A stretch of 64,000 nucleotides of DNA. Origin: Patescibacteria group bacterium (GTDB taxonomy: Bacteria; Patescibacteriota; Patescibacteriia; Magasanikbacterales; GWA2-37-8). Where the stretch lies: assembly GCA_022710645.1 (NCBI GenBank), contig JAKLGL010000001.1:407296-471295 (forward strand). Reading direction: 5' to 3'. A program made the translations under genes and the position numbers. Numbering within the stretch: position 1 is the first letter of the stretch; each line of letters starts with the position of its first letter. The notes beneath the pieces were generated by a model. It saw nothing but the letters and a program-made list of their open reading frames with translations. It searched no databases and was not told the origin of the DNA. Shown here piece by piece: positions 26,703 to 36,493 of the stretch.

Positions 26703-27254
26703 ATGTCCAAAATTATCCTCGGTTTTGTCGGAGAAATATCTTGTGGAAAATCCACGGCTACGGAATATCTCAAAAACAAATATGGAGCCGTGACTTTTAA
26801 ATTTTCAGATTGTTTACGCGATGTTGCCACTCGCATGCATATAGAAAAAAACCGCGAAAATATTCAACTTATTTCTACTGTTTTACGCCAGCATTTTGGC
26901 GATGATTTATTATCAAAAGTTTTAGCCGAGGATGTCCGCGGTGCCGATGCGCCAATTATTATTACCGAGGGTGTCCGTAGACTAAGCGATATTACTTATC
27001 TCAAAGATGTTCCGGGATTCAAACTTGTAGCCATCAACACCGATGAACGTATTCGCTATGAACGGTTGAGAGAACGCAGTGAAAACGTAGACGACAAAAA
27101 TAAAACCTGGGAAGAATTTCAAAAAGACGGACAAAGAGAAACAGAATTGAGAATCAAAGAAACAATGGAACAAGCTGATTTTACCTTGGAAAATAACGGA
27201 TCCTCCGAGGATCTTTACGCTCAGATAGATAATTTGATGGCTAAATTGCAATAA
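26703..27254 (+). CDS. P-loop deoxynucleoside monophosphate kinase-like protein (T4 gp1-like)
   Basis: N-terminal ILGFVGEISCGKSTATEYL resembles T4 dNMP kinase (MKLIFLSGVKRSGKDTTADF). It sits among dNTP-synthesis genes. Confidence 0.45.
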   Translation: MSKIILGFVGEISCGKSTATEYLKNKYGAVTFKFSDCLRDVATRMHIEKNRENIQLISTVLRQHFGDDLLSKVLAEDVRGADAPIIITEGVRRLSDITYLKDVPGFKLVAINTDERIRYERLRERSENVDDKNKTWEEFQKDGQRETELRIKETMEQADFTLENNGSSEDLYAQIDNLMAKLQ

Positions 27255-27256
27255 TT

Positions 27257-27790
27257 ATGCAAAATATTGAAGTGGAAATCCGTAGTTTTTTGACCGAAGA
27301 ACAATACAAACATTTTTTGGAATATTTTAAACAAAATTCCGAATTTGTAAACGAAGATTATCAAGAAACTTATTATTTTGATGGGCCACAAGATTTACGC
27401 ATTCAAAAAAATAATTTTTACGCCAAAATCTGGTTGAAAAGCGGAAAAATTCATGATGAACAGCGCGAAGAAACAGAAATAAAATTTGAAAAAGAACAAT
27501 TTTCTCAAGCTGAAAAATTATTTTTAAATTTAGGCTACAAAACTCAAATCAAATGGTTTCGTACACGCCATATTTTTAAATGGCAAGATATTACCGTGAC
27601 CATAGATTATTCCAAAGGTTATGGTTATATAATTGAATTGGAAAAAATGTCAGACGAAGAAAATAAAAACAAAGATTTGGAATATTTAAAAAACAAAATG
27701 ACGGAATTAAATATTGTTCAAACTCCAAAAGAAGAATTTGACGCTAAATATAATTATTACAAAGAACATTGGGAGGAACTAACTAAATAA
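27257..27790 (+). CDS. CYTH-domain (triphosphate tunnel metalloenzyme / class IV adenylate cyclase-like) protein
   Basis: N-terminal IEVEIRSFLTEEQY resembles the CYTH 'EIERKFLV' start; alternating charged beta-strands; ~177 aa. Confidence 0.45.
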   Translation: MQNIEVEIRSFLTEEQYKHFLEYFKQNSEFVNEDYQETYYFDGPQDLRIQKNNFYAKIWLKSGKIHDEQREETEIKFEKEQFSQAEKLFLNLGYKTQIKWFRTRHIFKWQDITVTIDYSKGYGYIIELEKMSDEENKNKDLEYLKNKMTELNIVQTPKEEFDAKYNYYKEHWEELTK

Positions 27791-27792
27791 TT

Positions 27793-28215
27793 ATGCAGAT
27801 AAAAATAAAAAAACTAAAACCAGAAGCTATTTTACCAACTTACGCTCATCCCGGTGATGTTGGTATGGATGTTTATTCTTTGGAAGATTATATTCTCCAA
27901 CCAGGAGAACGTCACATTTTCAATTTAGGATTTGCTATGGAATTTGAAAACGGTTATGCCGCAATCATCAAAGATAAAAGTAGTTTGCCAAAAAATGGCG
28001 GTATTCATACTATGGGCGGAGTATATGACGCTGGCTATCGCGGGGAATATAATGCTCAATTGATAAATCTCGGACAAGAACCTTACGAAATAAAAACCGG
28101 AAATAAAATTGCTCAAATAATTATCTATCCTGTTATTATTGCTGATTTAATAGAAACCGCCGAGCTCTCAGATAGTGTTAGAGGAACAGATAGGTTTGGT
28201 TCAACGGGAAAATAA
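27793..28215 (+). CDS. dut: dUTP diphosphatase
   Basis: AHPGDVGMDV, the IKDKSSL/GG region, RGTDRFGSTG motif 5. Confidence 0.9.
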   Translation: MQIKIKKLKPEAILPTYAHPGDVGMDVYSLEDYILQPGERHIFNLGFAMEFENGYAAIIKDKSSLPKNGGIHTMGGVYDAGYRGEYNAQLINLGQEPYEIKTGNKIAQIIIYPVIIADLIETAELSDSVRGTDRFGSTGK

Positions 28216-28258
28216 ATGAAAAAGCTTATAAGCTAATAAGCAGATAAGTAAAAATATT

Positions 28259-29131
28259 ATGAAAAATTATCTAGATATTGTCCAGAAAATAATTGATAGT
28301 GGCGAACGAAAAGAAAATCGCACTGGCGTGGATACTATTGCCATTGCCGGAGCGATGTTTGAACATGATATGAGTAAAGGGTTTCCTCTTTTGACCACAA
28401 AAAAGACACCATTCAAGGTTATGGCCACGGAATTGGAATTTTTTATCAAAGGAATAACGGATAAAAATTGGCTCAAAGAAAGAAACTGTCACATTTGGGA
28501 TGAATGGGCACACCCTTTAAAAGTTCCTTACGGTCATGACGAGGAAACAAAGAAAAAAATGATGGAAGAAAGAGATCTTGGCCCTATTTACGGATTTCAA
28601 TGGCGACATTTCAATGGTGATTATGAACACCATGAATTTGATCATGAAGGCCGAGGTATAGATCAATTAAAAAAATTAGTTGAAACTCTAAAGAAAAACC
28701 CTAACGATCGTCGAATGATTGTCTCCGCCTGGAATCCAAGCAAATTACATGAAATGGCTCTTCCCCCTTGTCACTATAGCTTTCAAGTCACAGTAATAAA
28801 CGGCAAGTTAAATTTACTTTGGAATCAAAGATCGGTGGATACTATGCTCGGATTACCCTTCAATATTGCTTCTTATGCATTATTGTTGCACTTACTGGCC
28901 AAAGAAGCCGGTTTGCAAGAAGGAAAATTAGTCGGCTTTTTGGCTGATACTCATATTTATGTAAACCACTTAGAAGGTGTCAAAGAACAATTATCTCGCG
29001 ATCCAAATATTTATCCTCTACCGCAAATCGTGACAGAAAATTTTACTTCCATTTTTGATTGGAAAGCCGAAGATACTAAACTCCAAAATTATCAAAGTTT
29101 TCCGAAAATTGAATTCCCTATCGCCGTCTAA
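28259..29131 (+). CDS. thyA: Thymidylate synthase (ThyA)
   Basis: RTGVDT, LPPCHYSFQV (catalytic Cys) and DTHIY. Confidence 0.9.
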   Translation: MKNYLDIVQKIIDSGERKENRTGVDTIAIAGAMFEHDMSKGFPLLTTKKTPFKVMATELEFFIKGITDKNWLKERNCHIWDEWAHPLKVPYGHDEETKKKMMEERDLGPIYGFQWRHFNGDYEHHEFDHEGRGIDQLKKLVETLKKNPNDRRMIVSAWNPSKLHEMALPPCHYSFQVTVINGKLNLLWNQRSVDTMLGLPFNIASYALLLHLLAKEAGLQEGKLVGFLADTHIYVNHLEGVKEQLSRDPNIYPLPQIVTENFTSIFDWKAEDTKLQNYQSFPKIEFPIAV

Positions 29132-29132
29132 T

Positions 29133-29642
29133 ATGAAAACGACTTTACTTATGGCCATAACGGCCGATGGAAAAATCGCCAAAACTGCCGATCACTTTGC
29201 AAACTGGACATCGGGCGCTGATAAAAAAATGTTTGTGGAAAAAACTAAATCCGCAGGCGTGATTATTATGGGTCTCACTACTTATCAAACTATTGGCCGT
29301 CCCCTTCCGGGTCGTCTAAATATTATCTTAACCCCGGAACCGGAAAAAGAACAAAATATTCCCGATTCTTTGGAATTTACTTCTCTTTCTCCTCAAAATA
29401 TTTTGATTGATTTAGAAAAAAGAAATTTTTCCGAAGCAATTATCGGCGGAGGTGCTACAATTAACGGTTTATTTTTAAAAGAAAATTTAATTGATGAAAT
29501 TTGGTTAACTGTTGAACCAAAAATCTTTGGCGAAGGCATATCCCTTTTTCGCAATGCGGATGTAAATTTAAATTTAGAACTTATTGAAACTGTGCAACTG
29601 GATAAAAATGTGGTACAACTGAAATATCGGGTTTTAAAATAA
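29133..29642 (+). CDS. folA: Dihydrofolate reductase-family protein
   Basis: The ATG at 29133 immediately follows the thyA stop. MKTTLLMAITADGKIA...GGGATINGLF is DHFR/RibD-C-like. The ORF-track start at 29055 overlaps thyA and is rejected. Confidence 0.7.
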   Translation: MKTTLLMAITADGKIAKTADHFANWTSGADKKMFVEKTKSAGVIIMGLTTYQTIGRPLPGRLNIILTPEPEKEQNIPDSLEFTSLSPQNILIDLEKRNFSEAIIGGGATINGLFLKENLIDEIWLTVEPKIFGEGISLFRNADVNLNLELIETVQLDKNVVQLKYRVLK

Positions 29643-29648
29643 TCACTT

Positions 29649-29745
29649 GTCATTCTGAGTGGATACGAAGAACCTGCCTGCCGGCAGGCAGGTCTGCAAT
29701 AAGCAATTATCCTATTTACAGATCCTTCACTGCGTTCAGGATGAC
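29649..29745. repeat. GTCAT...ATGAC mini-element (member 2) containing the CCTGCCTGCCGGCAGGCAGG palindrome
   Basis: gtcattctgagtggatacgaagaacctgcctgccggcaggcaggtctgcaataagcaattatcctatttacagatccttcactgcgttcaggatgac is alignable with the 43346-43423 member. Confidence 0.6.
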
Positions 29746-29750
29746 AAATC

Positions 29751-29797
29751 GCGAACTTTATAAACTTTCAACTTTATAACTTTAAAAACTTTATCCT
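29751..29797 (+). repeat. Tandem AACTTTATAA-type repeats abutting the start codon
   Basis: cgcgaactttataaactttcaactttataactttaaaaactttatcctATG. Confidence 0.6.
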
Positions 29798-30511
29798 ATG
29801 TTCATAATGCTTGACGCTATTGACGGAGGCGGAAAAGGAACCGTCGTCAGTGCTTGGAAAGAATATATAGAAGAACTCGGTAACCCTCTTTTTGATCTGA
29901 AAAATTATTGGGAACAGAACAATAAATATCCGGATATTCACGAACTTCGTTCCTATGATTTTATATTTACCGCCGAACCGACTTCTATAGGTATAGGAAA
30001 AACTATTCGTGAAGAACTCATTCGCGAAGGCACTTATTATCCTCCGGAAGCTATCGCCCAAGCCTATTCACTTGATAGATTAATTCTTTATGAAAAAATT
30101 ATTCTACCCTGCCTGGCACAAGATAAATTTATCATTCAAGACAGGGGGTTTTCCACCTCTCTCGCATATCAAAACGCCCAAAATAAAGAACTGACTTTCG
30201 AAAAACTTTTAGCTCTACCGGGAAATGCTTTGGCTTTGAAATATCGACCTGATTATCTCATTCTTTTGACTACCGAACCGGAAGAAGCTATGCGCCGACT
30301 CAGCGCTCGCGAGGGAAAACAAGACAACGCCATCTTTGAAAACCTGGATTTTCAAAGAAAAACCGCCGCTACTTTCAAATCACCGGGATATCAAGAAATT
30401 TTTACCCAGGCCGGTACCAAAATATTTTACTTGTCTACAATGGGCGAAATTGATATAATAAAACAAAAGGCCAAGGATTTATTGGCCAATATTATTAACA
30501 AAAAAGCATAA
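29798..30511 (+). CDS. Thymidylate kinase-like P-loop kinase (atypical P-loop DGGGKGT)
   Basis: IMLDAIDGGGKGTVVSAW and QDRGFSTSLAYQ (the Tmk DRY/AYQ region), ~237 aa. Confidence 0.5.
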   Translation: MFIMLDAIDGGGKGTVVSAWKEYIEELGNPLFDLKNYWEQNNKYPDIHELRSYDFIFTAEPTSIGIGKTIREELIREGTYYPPEAIAQAYSLDRLILYEKIILPCLAQDKFIIQDRGFSTSLAYQNAQNKELTFEKLLALPGNALALKYRPDYLILLTTEPEEAMRRLSAREGKQDNAIFENLDFQRKTAATFKSPGYQEIFTQAGTKIFYLSTMGEIDIIKQKAKDLLANIINKKA

Positions 30512-30554
30512 AATCATCTCAGCCGCTCAAGGTGGCTCGCTATGACTTTATGAA

Positions 30555-30570
30555 CCTGCCTGCCGGCAGG
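30555..30570. repeat. Third copy of the CCTGCCTGCCGGCAGG palindrome
   Basis: tgaacctgcctgccggcaggtaggc; the other copies are at 25193-25212 and 29673-29692. Confidence 0.7.
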
Positions 30571-30599
30571 TAGGCTTTATAAACTTTTAACTAACAAAT

Positions 30600-31367
30600 A
30601 TGTTAATCACCGCTTCGGAAATCATAAAAAACAGCTGGGAAACGTATTCCAAAAACTGGAAACGTATTCTTCCTTATATGATTCTGCTTTTTGTCACATC
30701 GGCAACTTTGGGAATTATAGGGATAGCCGGTTTACAAATTGAAAGTATATTAGGAAAAGGAAATTTGGTACTTTTAAACAATCTAGTAGTGGCCGCTTTA
30801 GATGTCGCTTTACTTCTTTTTACCCTTTGGACAACTATCGCTTTGATCAAGAATCTTCGCAATATCGTGGAAAACAAAGACATGGTCGAATTGAAAGAAA
30901 CGTTTCGTCAAACCAGCAAATATCTATGGCCTGTGGTTTGGACATCTTTTTTAATGGGCCTGGCTATTGTTGGAGGTTTTGTTTTATTACTTATTCCGGC
31001 AATTATTTTTGCTATTTGGTTTACTTATTCTTTTTATACGGTTATTTTCGAAGATAAAAAAGGTATAGAAGCTTTGAAAAGCAGTCGCTCTTTGGTGGTT
31101 GGCAGATGGTGGAAAACTTTTTGGTTAATTTTAGCTCCCAGTATTTTTTACGGAATCATAATCGCCGCTTTACAAGGAGCAATTACCCTACCCTTGGAAG
31201 CAATATTTGGAAAAGAAACTCTAACCTTTATTTTTACCAATTCAATTTTAACCACTATTGTTTCAGCTTTATTTGCTCCGCTGTCAGCTTTGACCACTCT
31301 TTATCTTTATCTCAATGTCAAAGCTAATCCGATAACAAAAATACCGGAAATTCCAAATAAAATATAA
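30600..31367 (+). CDS. Polytopic membrane protein of unknown function
   Basis: Six hydrophobic segments, no motif. Confidence 0.6.
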   Translation: MLITASEIIKNSWETYSKNWKRILPYMILLFVTSATLGIIGIAGLQIESILGKGNLVLLNNLVVAALDVALLLFTLWTTIALIKNLRNIVENKDMVELKETFRQTSKYLWPVVWTSFLMGLAIVGGFVLLLIPAIIFAIWFTYSFYTVIFEDKKGIEALKSSRSLVVGRWWKTFWLILAPSIFYGIIIAALQGAITLPLEAIFGKETLTFIFTNSILTTIVSALFAPLSALTTLYLYLNVKANPITKIPEIPNKI

Positions 31368-31380
31368 CGTATTTTCATAA

Positions 31381-31408
31381 AAAACACTCTGTAAAACAGG
31401 GTGTTTTT
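31381..31408 (+). terminator. Rho-independent terminator
   Basis: acactctg-taaaa-cagggtgttttttaa; a near-identical module recurs at 46640. Confidence 0.8.
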
Positions 31409-31411
31409 TAA

Positions 31412-31440
31412 TTGACTTAAAATCTTAAAAAAGGTAAAAT
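31412..31440 (+). promoter_or_regulatory. Sigma70-like promoter for gatB
   Basis: TTGACT, a 17-nt spacer, then TAAAAT. Confidence 0.5.
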
Positions 31441-31518
31441 CGTATATAGTATATCATAGTTAAACATTGTTATTTTAACAAAAAATACTCACGATATACC
31501 TATACCTAATATACACTT

Positions 31519-33060
31519 ATGACGAAATTAATACCCGTAATCGGCCTTGAAGTACATGTCGAGCTCAATACAAAAAGCAAGATGTTTTGTTCTTGCGCCA
31601 ACGGTTCGGAAAAAGATCCTTCCAATACCAATATTTGCGAAGTTTGTTTGGCTCATCCCGGAACTTTGCCTGTGCCCAATTTGGAAGCTTTACACTCCAC
31701 TATCAAAATAGCCAAGGCGTTAAATTGTCAGATAGCGGAAATCTCTAAATTTGATAGAAAACACTATTTTTATCCTGATTTACCAAAAGGTTATCAGATA
31801 TCTCAATACGACCAACCGATAGGAAGTCATGGATATTTGGATTTACAATTTATCAATGTAAAAAACGATAGGCCGTCCGCCAAAATAGGTATCACTCGCG
31901 TTCATCTGGAAGAAGACACTGCCAAACTATTACATGACAAAAACGGCAACACGCTGATAGATTTTAATCGCGCCGGAGTTCCACTCGTAGAAATAGTTTC
32001 TGATCCAAATATCAACAATCCCGTCGAAGCCAAAGCTTATTGTCAAGAATTGCAAGCTATTTTTCGTTATTTGGACGTTTCCAACGCCGACATGGAAAAA
32101 GGTCAGATGCGTTGTGAAGCCAATATTTCCATGCAAGAGGAAGGAAAATTTATCATTGAAGGTTCTATTATAAAAACCGTTGGTGATTATAAATTGAACA
32201 ATAAAGTGGAATTGAAAAATATCAATTCTTTTCGTGCCGTAGAAAAAGCTCTGGAATACGAGATAGCTCGTCAAACAAAATTGTTGCAAGACGGTGGGAT
32301 TCAAGGTCCGGAAACCAGGGGTTGGAATGATGAAAAAGGAGAAAGTTATGTTCAACGTGTCAAAGAAACTTCAGCTGATTATCGTTATTTTCCCGAACCA
32401 GATATCCCGGTTTTTGAACCGCTCAAACTCTGTCCGGAGGTCATTCTGCCCGAATTACCGGGAGCGAAACGCCAAAGATTTTTTGAAGAATACGGCTTTT
32501 CTTATGCTGATGCGGATTTATTAACACAAAACAAATATTGGAGTGGCTATACGGAAAATGTAATGACTGAACTAAATGAGTGGACAGACTCAATGCCAGA
32601 AACTAAAAGTGAAGACAGTATTTACAAGAAAAAAGAATTGGCCAAATTGGCCGGCGGTTGGCTAACCACCAAATTAATGGGCGCAATGTCTGAAAGAAAA
32701 ATAGACATTCGTATTCTAAAAATCAGCGCGGAAAATTTCGCCGAACTGATAACCCTGATTTACGCTAAACGAGTCAATTCCACCAACGCGCAAAAAATAT
32801 TGACGGAAATGCTTGATGCCGACACAGATAAAGACCCTACTCATATCATGGAAGAAAAAGGTTACGGACAAGTGAGCGATGAAAATAAATTGGAAGAAAT
32901 TGTTTTGGAAGTTATCAAAAACTACCCCGCTCAAGTGGAACAATTCAAATCCGGCAAAGAACCAATAATCAAATTTTTGCTTGGTATGGTGATGAAAGCT
33001 ACCGAAGGTAGCGCTGATCCGATAGTGGCGGAAAAAATATTACGAGATAAGATAAAATAA
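31519..33060 (+). CDS. gatB: Asp/Glu-tRNA amidotransferase subunit B
   Basis: IGLEVHVELNTKSKMFCSC, HPGTLPV and FDRKHYFYPDLPKGYQISQYD. Confidence 0.9.
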   Translation: MTKLIPVIGLEVHVELNTKSKMFCSCANGSEKDPSNTNICEVCLAHPGTLPVPNLEALHSTIKIAKALNCQIAEISKFDRKHYFYPDLPKGYQISQYDQPIGSHGYLDLQFINVKNDRPSAKIGITRVHLEEDTAKLLHDKNGNTLIDFNRAGVPLVEIVSDPNINNPVEAKAYCQELQAIFRYLDVSNADMEKGQMRCEANISMQEEGKFIIEGSIIKTVGDYKLNNKVELKNINSFRAVEKALEYEIARQTKLLQDGGIQGPETRGWNDEKGESYVQRVKETSADYRYFPEPDIPVFEPLKLCPEVILPELPGAKRQRFFEEYGFSYADADLLTQNKYWSGYTENVMTELNEWTDSMPETKSEDSIYKKKELAKLAGGWLTTKLMGAMSERKIDIRILKISAENFAELITLIYAKRVNSTNAQKILTEMLDADTDKDPTHIMEEKGYGQVSDENKLEEIVLEVIKNYPAQVEQFKSGKEPIIKFLLGMVMKATEGSADPIVAEKILRDKIK

Positions 33061-33061
33061 T

Positions 33062-34531
33062 ATGACTGAGCATAGTCCTTTGTTTGAACAATTTAAAAAG
33101 GACCTTGAAAAAGAAAAATCTGGCCATAAAACGCTTGAATTTTCCGATTTAAAAAGAAAAGATAACGAATCTTGGAAAGACCTCATCAAACACACTCTTT
33201 CCAAAGAAAAATCCGATATTCATCTAGGGTACGGTTTGCATTTGATGTATGAAGATAATTTGGCTTCAGGCAGTGATCATTTTGATAAATACGACGGCCC
33301 TTTTATCCCTTTTCCACCATCAATTCTGGAAAATTTAGCCATCGCTAAAGAATGGGACATCTCACTTACTGATATTATAGATCGAGCCGCTAAAATGAGA
33401 CGTTTGGTAGATATTAAACAACTCGGTTATTTAACTTTCCCAGAAAAAGACCAGACCGAAAGATATGGAAAAGATTGGGGTATTGAAAAATTTCCCCATG
33501 ATCGTTTTGATCATTCTTTTCTCACCTCAGTGATGAATCTGTCTGTTTTACGCATTAGTCAAGCGGAAGGCTTGATAAATTGTTCGGATAAAGATATCTT
33601 AAAAAGTTTTATCGCGTCCACCATACATGACAGCGCAACTGTCGCCGGAGGAGATGCGACCAAAAAAATATCTCCGGAAAAACTGGATGAAGAAAAGTTG
33701 GTTTCAACCATAATGCAAAATCAAGAGATGCAGGCTGTCTTCAGAAAAAACAATCTCACAAAAGAAGACGAAAACGATATTCAAGACATTATTTTCAATC
33801 AAGGACCTTTTGGAAAACTTCTAGACATGGTTGATAAAATGTCTTATACCGCTCGCGACACACAACAGGTCGCGACCTCTTTAAAAAGAGGGCTTTACCT
33901 GACTCCGGAAGGAAAAGAAATATTATCTATCATCGACGAAGATCCGAATATTTATGACATTTTATTTGATTTAAGACTGGATGACAAAAAAGGTTTATAT
34001 TGCACCAATCCCGATAAATTAAACAACGTTTTGAAAATACGCGCATTGATGCATAATTTTATCTATTTAAATCCCTATTCTCAAATGGCTGAAGCGGCTG
34101 TTATACATCCGGTTCTAAAAAAACTGATGGATTCGGGAGATTCTAAATTATCCGTTGAAAATCTGCTTTCTCAATCTGATAATTATTTTGAAAAAACTCT
34201 CTGCGAAGCTCTTGGCGACAAAGAAATGTATCCTGACGCCATCAAATCTATTCGCAAAACAATAAAAGAAAAAGATGTTCAGGTTGATATCTTTCCAGAT
34301 TATTCGTCCGCCGAAACAGCAATAGCCGAACTTGAAAATCAAGGACGTTTTATTTGTAATGTTGTGAACAAAACAAAAGGTTTCAAAACATCTACCGATA
34401 CTTTGGTTGAAGTAAACAACAAGTTAATTCCGTTTAAGGAAATGTACCCCGACAAAGATAAGGAAATTCAAGAAATAGCTAACCGAGTAAAGACTGTTAG
34501 AGTCTATCATTCTAAAAAACCAATTGTTTAA
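33062..34531 (+). CDS. Hypothetical protein, possible HD-domain phosphohydrolase
   Basis: Its start overlaps the gatB stop. FPHDRFDHSF...STIHDSATVAGGD gives an H...HD...D pattern; weak. Confidence 0.35.
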   Translation: MTEHSPLFEQFKKDLEKEKSGHKTLEFSDLKRKDNESWKDLIKHTLSKEKSDIHLGYGLHLMYEDNLASGSDHFDKYDGPFIPFPPSILENLAIAKEWDISLTDIIDRAAKMRRLVDIKQLGYLTFPEKDQTERYGKDWGIEKFPHDRFDHSFLTSVMNLSVLRISQAEGLINCSDKDILKSFIASTIHDSATVAGGDATKKISPEKLDEEKLVSTIMQNQEMQAVFRKNNLTKEDENDIQDIIFNQGPFGKLLDMVDKMSYTARDTQQVATSLKRGLYLTPEGKEILSIIDEDPNIYDILFDLRLDDKKGLYCTNPDKLNNVLKIRALMHNFIYLNPYSQMAEAAVIHPVLKKLMDSGDSKLSVENLLSQSDNYFEKTLCEALGDKEMYPDAIKSIRKTIKEKDVQVDIFPDYSSAETAIAELENQGRFICNVVNKTKGFKTSTDTLVEVNNKLIPFKEMYPDKDKEIQEIANRVKTVRVYHSKKPIV

Positions 34532-34601
34532 AAAATCTGCCATTCCTGGCAGATTTTTATTTTTCGTAATTTCGCATTACTTTCGTAAATTCGTACGTAA
34601 A

Positions 34602-35183
34602 TTATCGCTTTCCTAACAATTTTAACGCTTCTTTCATCAATTGTTCGCTAGTTTTACCTTCTGCTTTGATTTTTTGCACTGTATCACGTGCTTGTGTGCT
34701 GTTATAGCCTAAAGCTATCAACCCTTCTATTACATCCCCCGCTTCATTGCTAAAACCTTCAATCTGACCGATATTTGAATTTGTACCGAGTTTATTTTTC
34801 AATTCTACCACCAATCTTTCAGCGGTTTTCTTACCCATTCCCGAAACCTTGGTCAAATAAGCAATATCACTGCGTACGATAGCCGAACTTATCTCCCCTA
34901 CGCTTCCCAAAGACAAAATTCGCAAAGCGGTTTTCGGACCAATTCCGGAAACCAATAAAAATTTTTCAAATAAATTTTTTTCTTCCTTATTTTTAAAACC
35001 AAACAAATCCATAGCGTTTTCTCGCACAGACAAATATGTCAAAACTTCGGTTTCCGTATCAATTTTGAAAAACTCAGCACCGTTGGTATTAACAAAAATT
35101 TCATAACCAACTCCGCCGACAGTCAAAACGGTGATTTTTTCTCCGTCATTATTTATTATTTTACCTTTAATCAAGGAAATCAT
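34602..35183 (-). CDS. ruvA: Holliday junction branch-migration protein RuvA
   Basis: MISLIKGKII, GVGYEIFV and the HhH region LLVSGIGPKTALRIL. Confidence 0.9.
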   Translation of the reverse strand: MISLIKGKIINNDGEKITVLTVGGVGYEIFVNTNGAEFFKIDTETEVLTYLSVRENAMDLFGFKNKEEKNLFEKFLLVSGIGPKTALRILSLGSVGEISSAIVRSDIAYLTKVSGMGKKTAERLVVELKNKLGTNSNIGQIEGFSNEAGDVIEGLIALGYNSTQARDTVQKIKAEGKTSEQLMKEALKLLGKR

Positions 35184-35187
35184 ATTT

Positions 35188-36213
35188 TTATTTATTTTTT
35201 TTATTGCGATTTATTCGAATCAATCCCCCGCAAGTCAATACTTCCATACCTTTCTTTTCTAACTCATCCAAAAATAAATTCATTCCCAGAGAATCAGAAG
35301 AAATATGTCCGGCTACAACCACATTCATATGATTTTCATTGGCTTTGGTGGTAGCATCGTCCTTCATATGCATTCCGACAATCGTACTAATACCGGCTTT
35401 GCTCAAAATTTCATAAACCTTATTGGAAGGATTTGTGCCTCCGGTCATTTCCATCAAAAATTTCCCTACTCTATTTTTCGGACTACCGGCAAAAATTTTC
35501 GGACCAAATCCTCTTTTTTTGGCTTCGGAATATTCCGGAATTTCCAAAAGCGCTTTCATCATTTCGCCGATAGTTTCCGGATTTTTCTTTTTTAAAAATT
35601 CCATCAAATATTCATTGACCAAATTATCGGTTACGGTGTGAGTATTCATCAAATTCACATTTAGGAGTTTGGCCATATCCACTTCTTTGTAATGATTGGC
35701 CGGATGAACACTGCGAGAAACTTCTTTGATTCTTTCTTCCATAATTTTTTCCGCCAAATGCACCGGAATACCAAGTTGTTCATAAACTTCTACCGCCATA
35801 TCCATCACTCCATGTAAATCCGCAAAACCTTTTCCCAAGGGGTGATGAGCGATAACCAAATCAATCTTTTTTCCGCGTTCGTTAAGTTGTGAAGCCAATA
35901 ATATTTCAGCAGAACCGATATCAATACCGGCTAACACTCTTTTTACCGGTGCGCTTTTATCACCATTGTGAATACGACAGTCATCATAAGGGTTTACCAA
36001 AGATTCATCGTCAAAATATTTCTTTTCTTCCGGTTTCATATCTGCAAAATCTTTTTTGACATGGGCAAGGTAATTTTTTACCCCTTTTTCTCCGCGAGGA
36101 TCAGCGGAAATCCCCATTTTAACGGCTAAATCAAAAATTTGTTGTACGGTCATCATATAATATTGATTAGTATCAAGTATATGAATTTTAGCTTTTTCAA
36201 GCCAAAAAGTCAA
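35188..36213 (-). CDS. NIF3-family (DUF34/YqfO-like) metal-binding protein
   Basis: VIAHHP and VVVAGHISSDSLGMN are dimetal-site motifs. The true start may be the internal MMTVQQ (about 36156). Confidence 0.6.
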   Translation of the reverse strand: MTFWLEKAKIHILDTNQYYMMTVQQIFDLAVKMGISADPRGEKGVKNYLAHVKKDFADMKPEEKKYFDDESLVNPYDDCRIHNGDKSAPVKRVLAGIDIGSAEILLASQLNERGKKIDLVIAHHPLGKGFADLHGVMDMAVEVYEQLGIPVHLAEKIMEERIKEVSRSVHPANHYKEVDMAKLLNVNLMNTHTVTDNLVNEYLMEFLKKKNPETIGEMMKALLEIPEYSEAKKRGFGPKIFAGSPKNRVGKFLMEMTGGTNPSNKVYEILSKAGISTIVGMHMKDDATTKANENHMNVVVAGHISSDSLGMNLFLDELEKKGMEVLTCGGLIRINRNKKNK

Positions 36214-36290
36214 TCAAAGTTCTTGACAAAACTGTAAATTTGTATTATCTTAATTTATCGTTCATTTTTATAAAATCACAGGAGGGTGCA

Positions 36291-36461
36291 ATGGAAAATG
36301 ATAACAAAAAAACAAGACAGTATGGAATTCCGTTAAAAAAAGCTCCTAGAAAAAGTAAGGCTACCAGAAGAATTTCCGGACCGGTCTCGCCAATAAGGCC
36401 GGCAAGTGAAAAAAAACCTCCTGAAAACGAGCAGAAGGAAAAAAATAAGGAAGAAAAATGA
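36291..36461 (+). CDS. Small basic 56-aa protein
   Basis: GGAGGG RBS upstream of MENDNKK. It is followed by a terminator agcgtcc-aacc-ggacgct then T8 (36469-36498). Confidence 0.5.
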   Translation: MENDNKKTRQYGIPLKKAPRKSKATRRISGPVSPIRPASEKKPPENEQKEKNKEEK

Positions 36462-36493
36462 CAACTTTCCAAGCGTCCAACCGGACGCTTTTT

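Noticed and set aside
29055-29132. ORF-track start of the DHFR gene overlapping thyA by 77 nt
   Set aside because: The internal ATG at 29133 immediately follows the thyA stop and begins the conserved DHFR N-terminus (MKTTLLMAITADGKIA).
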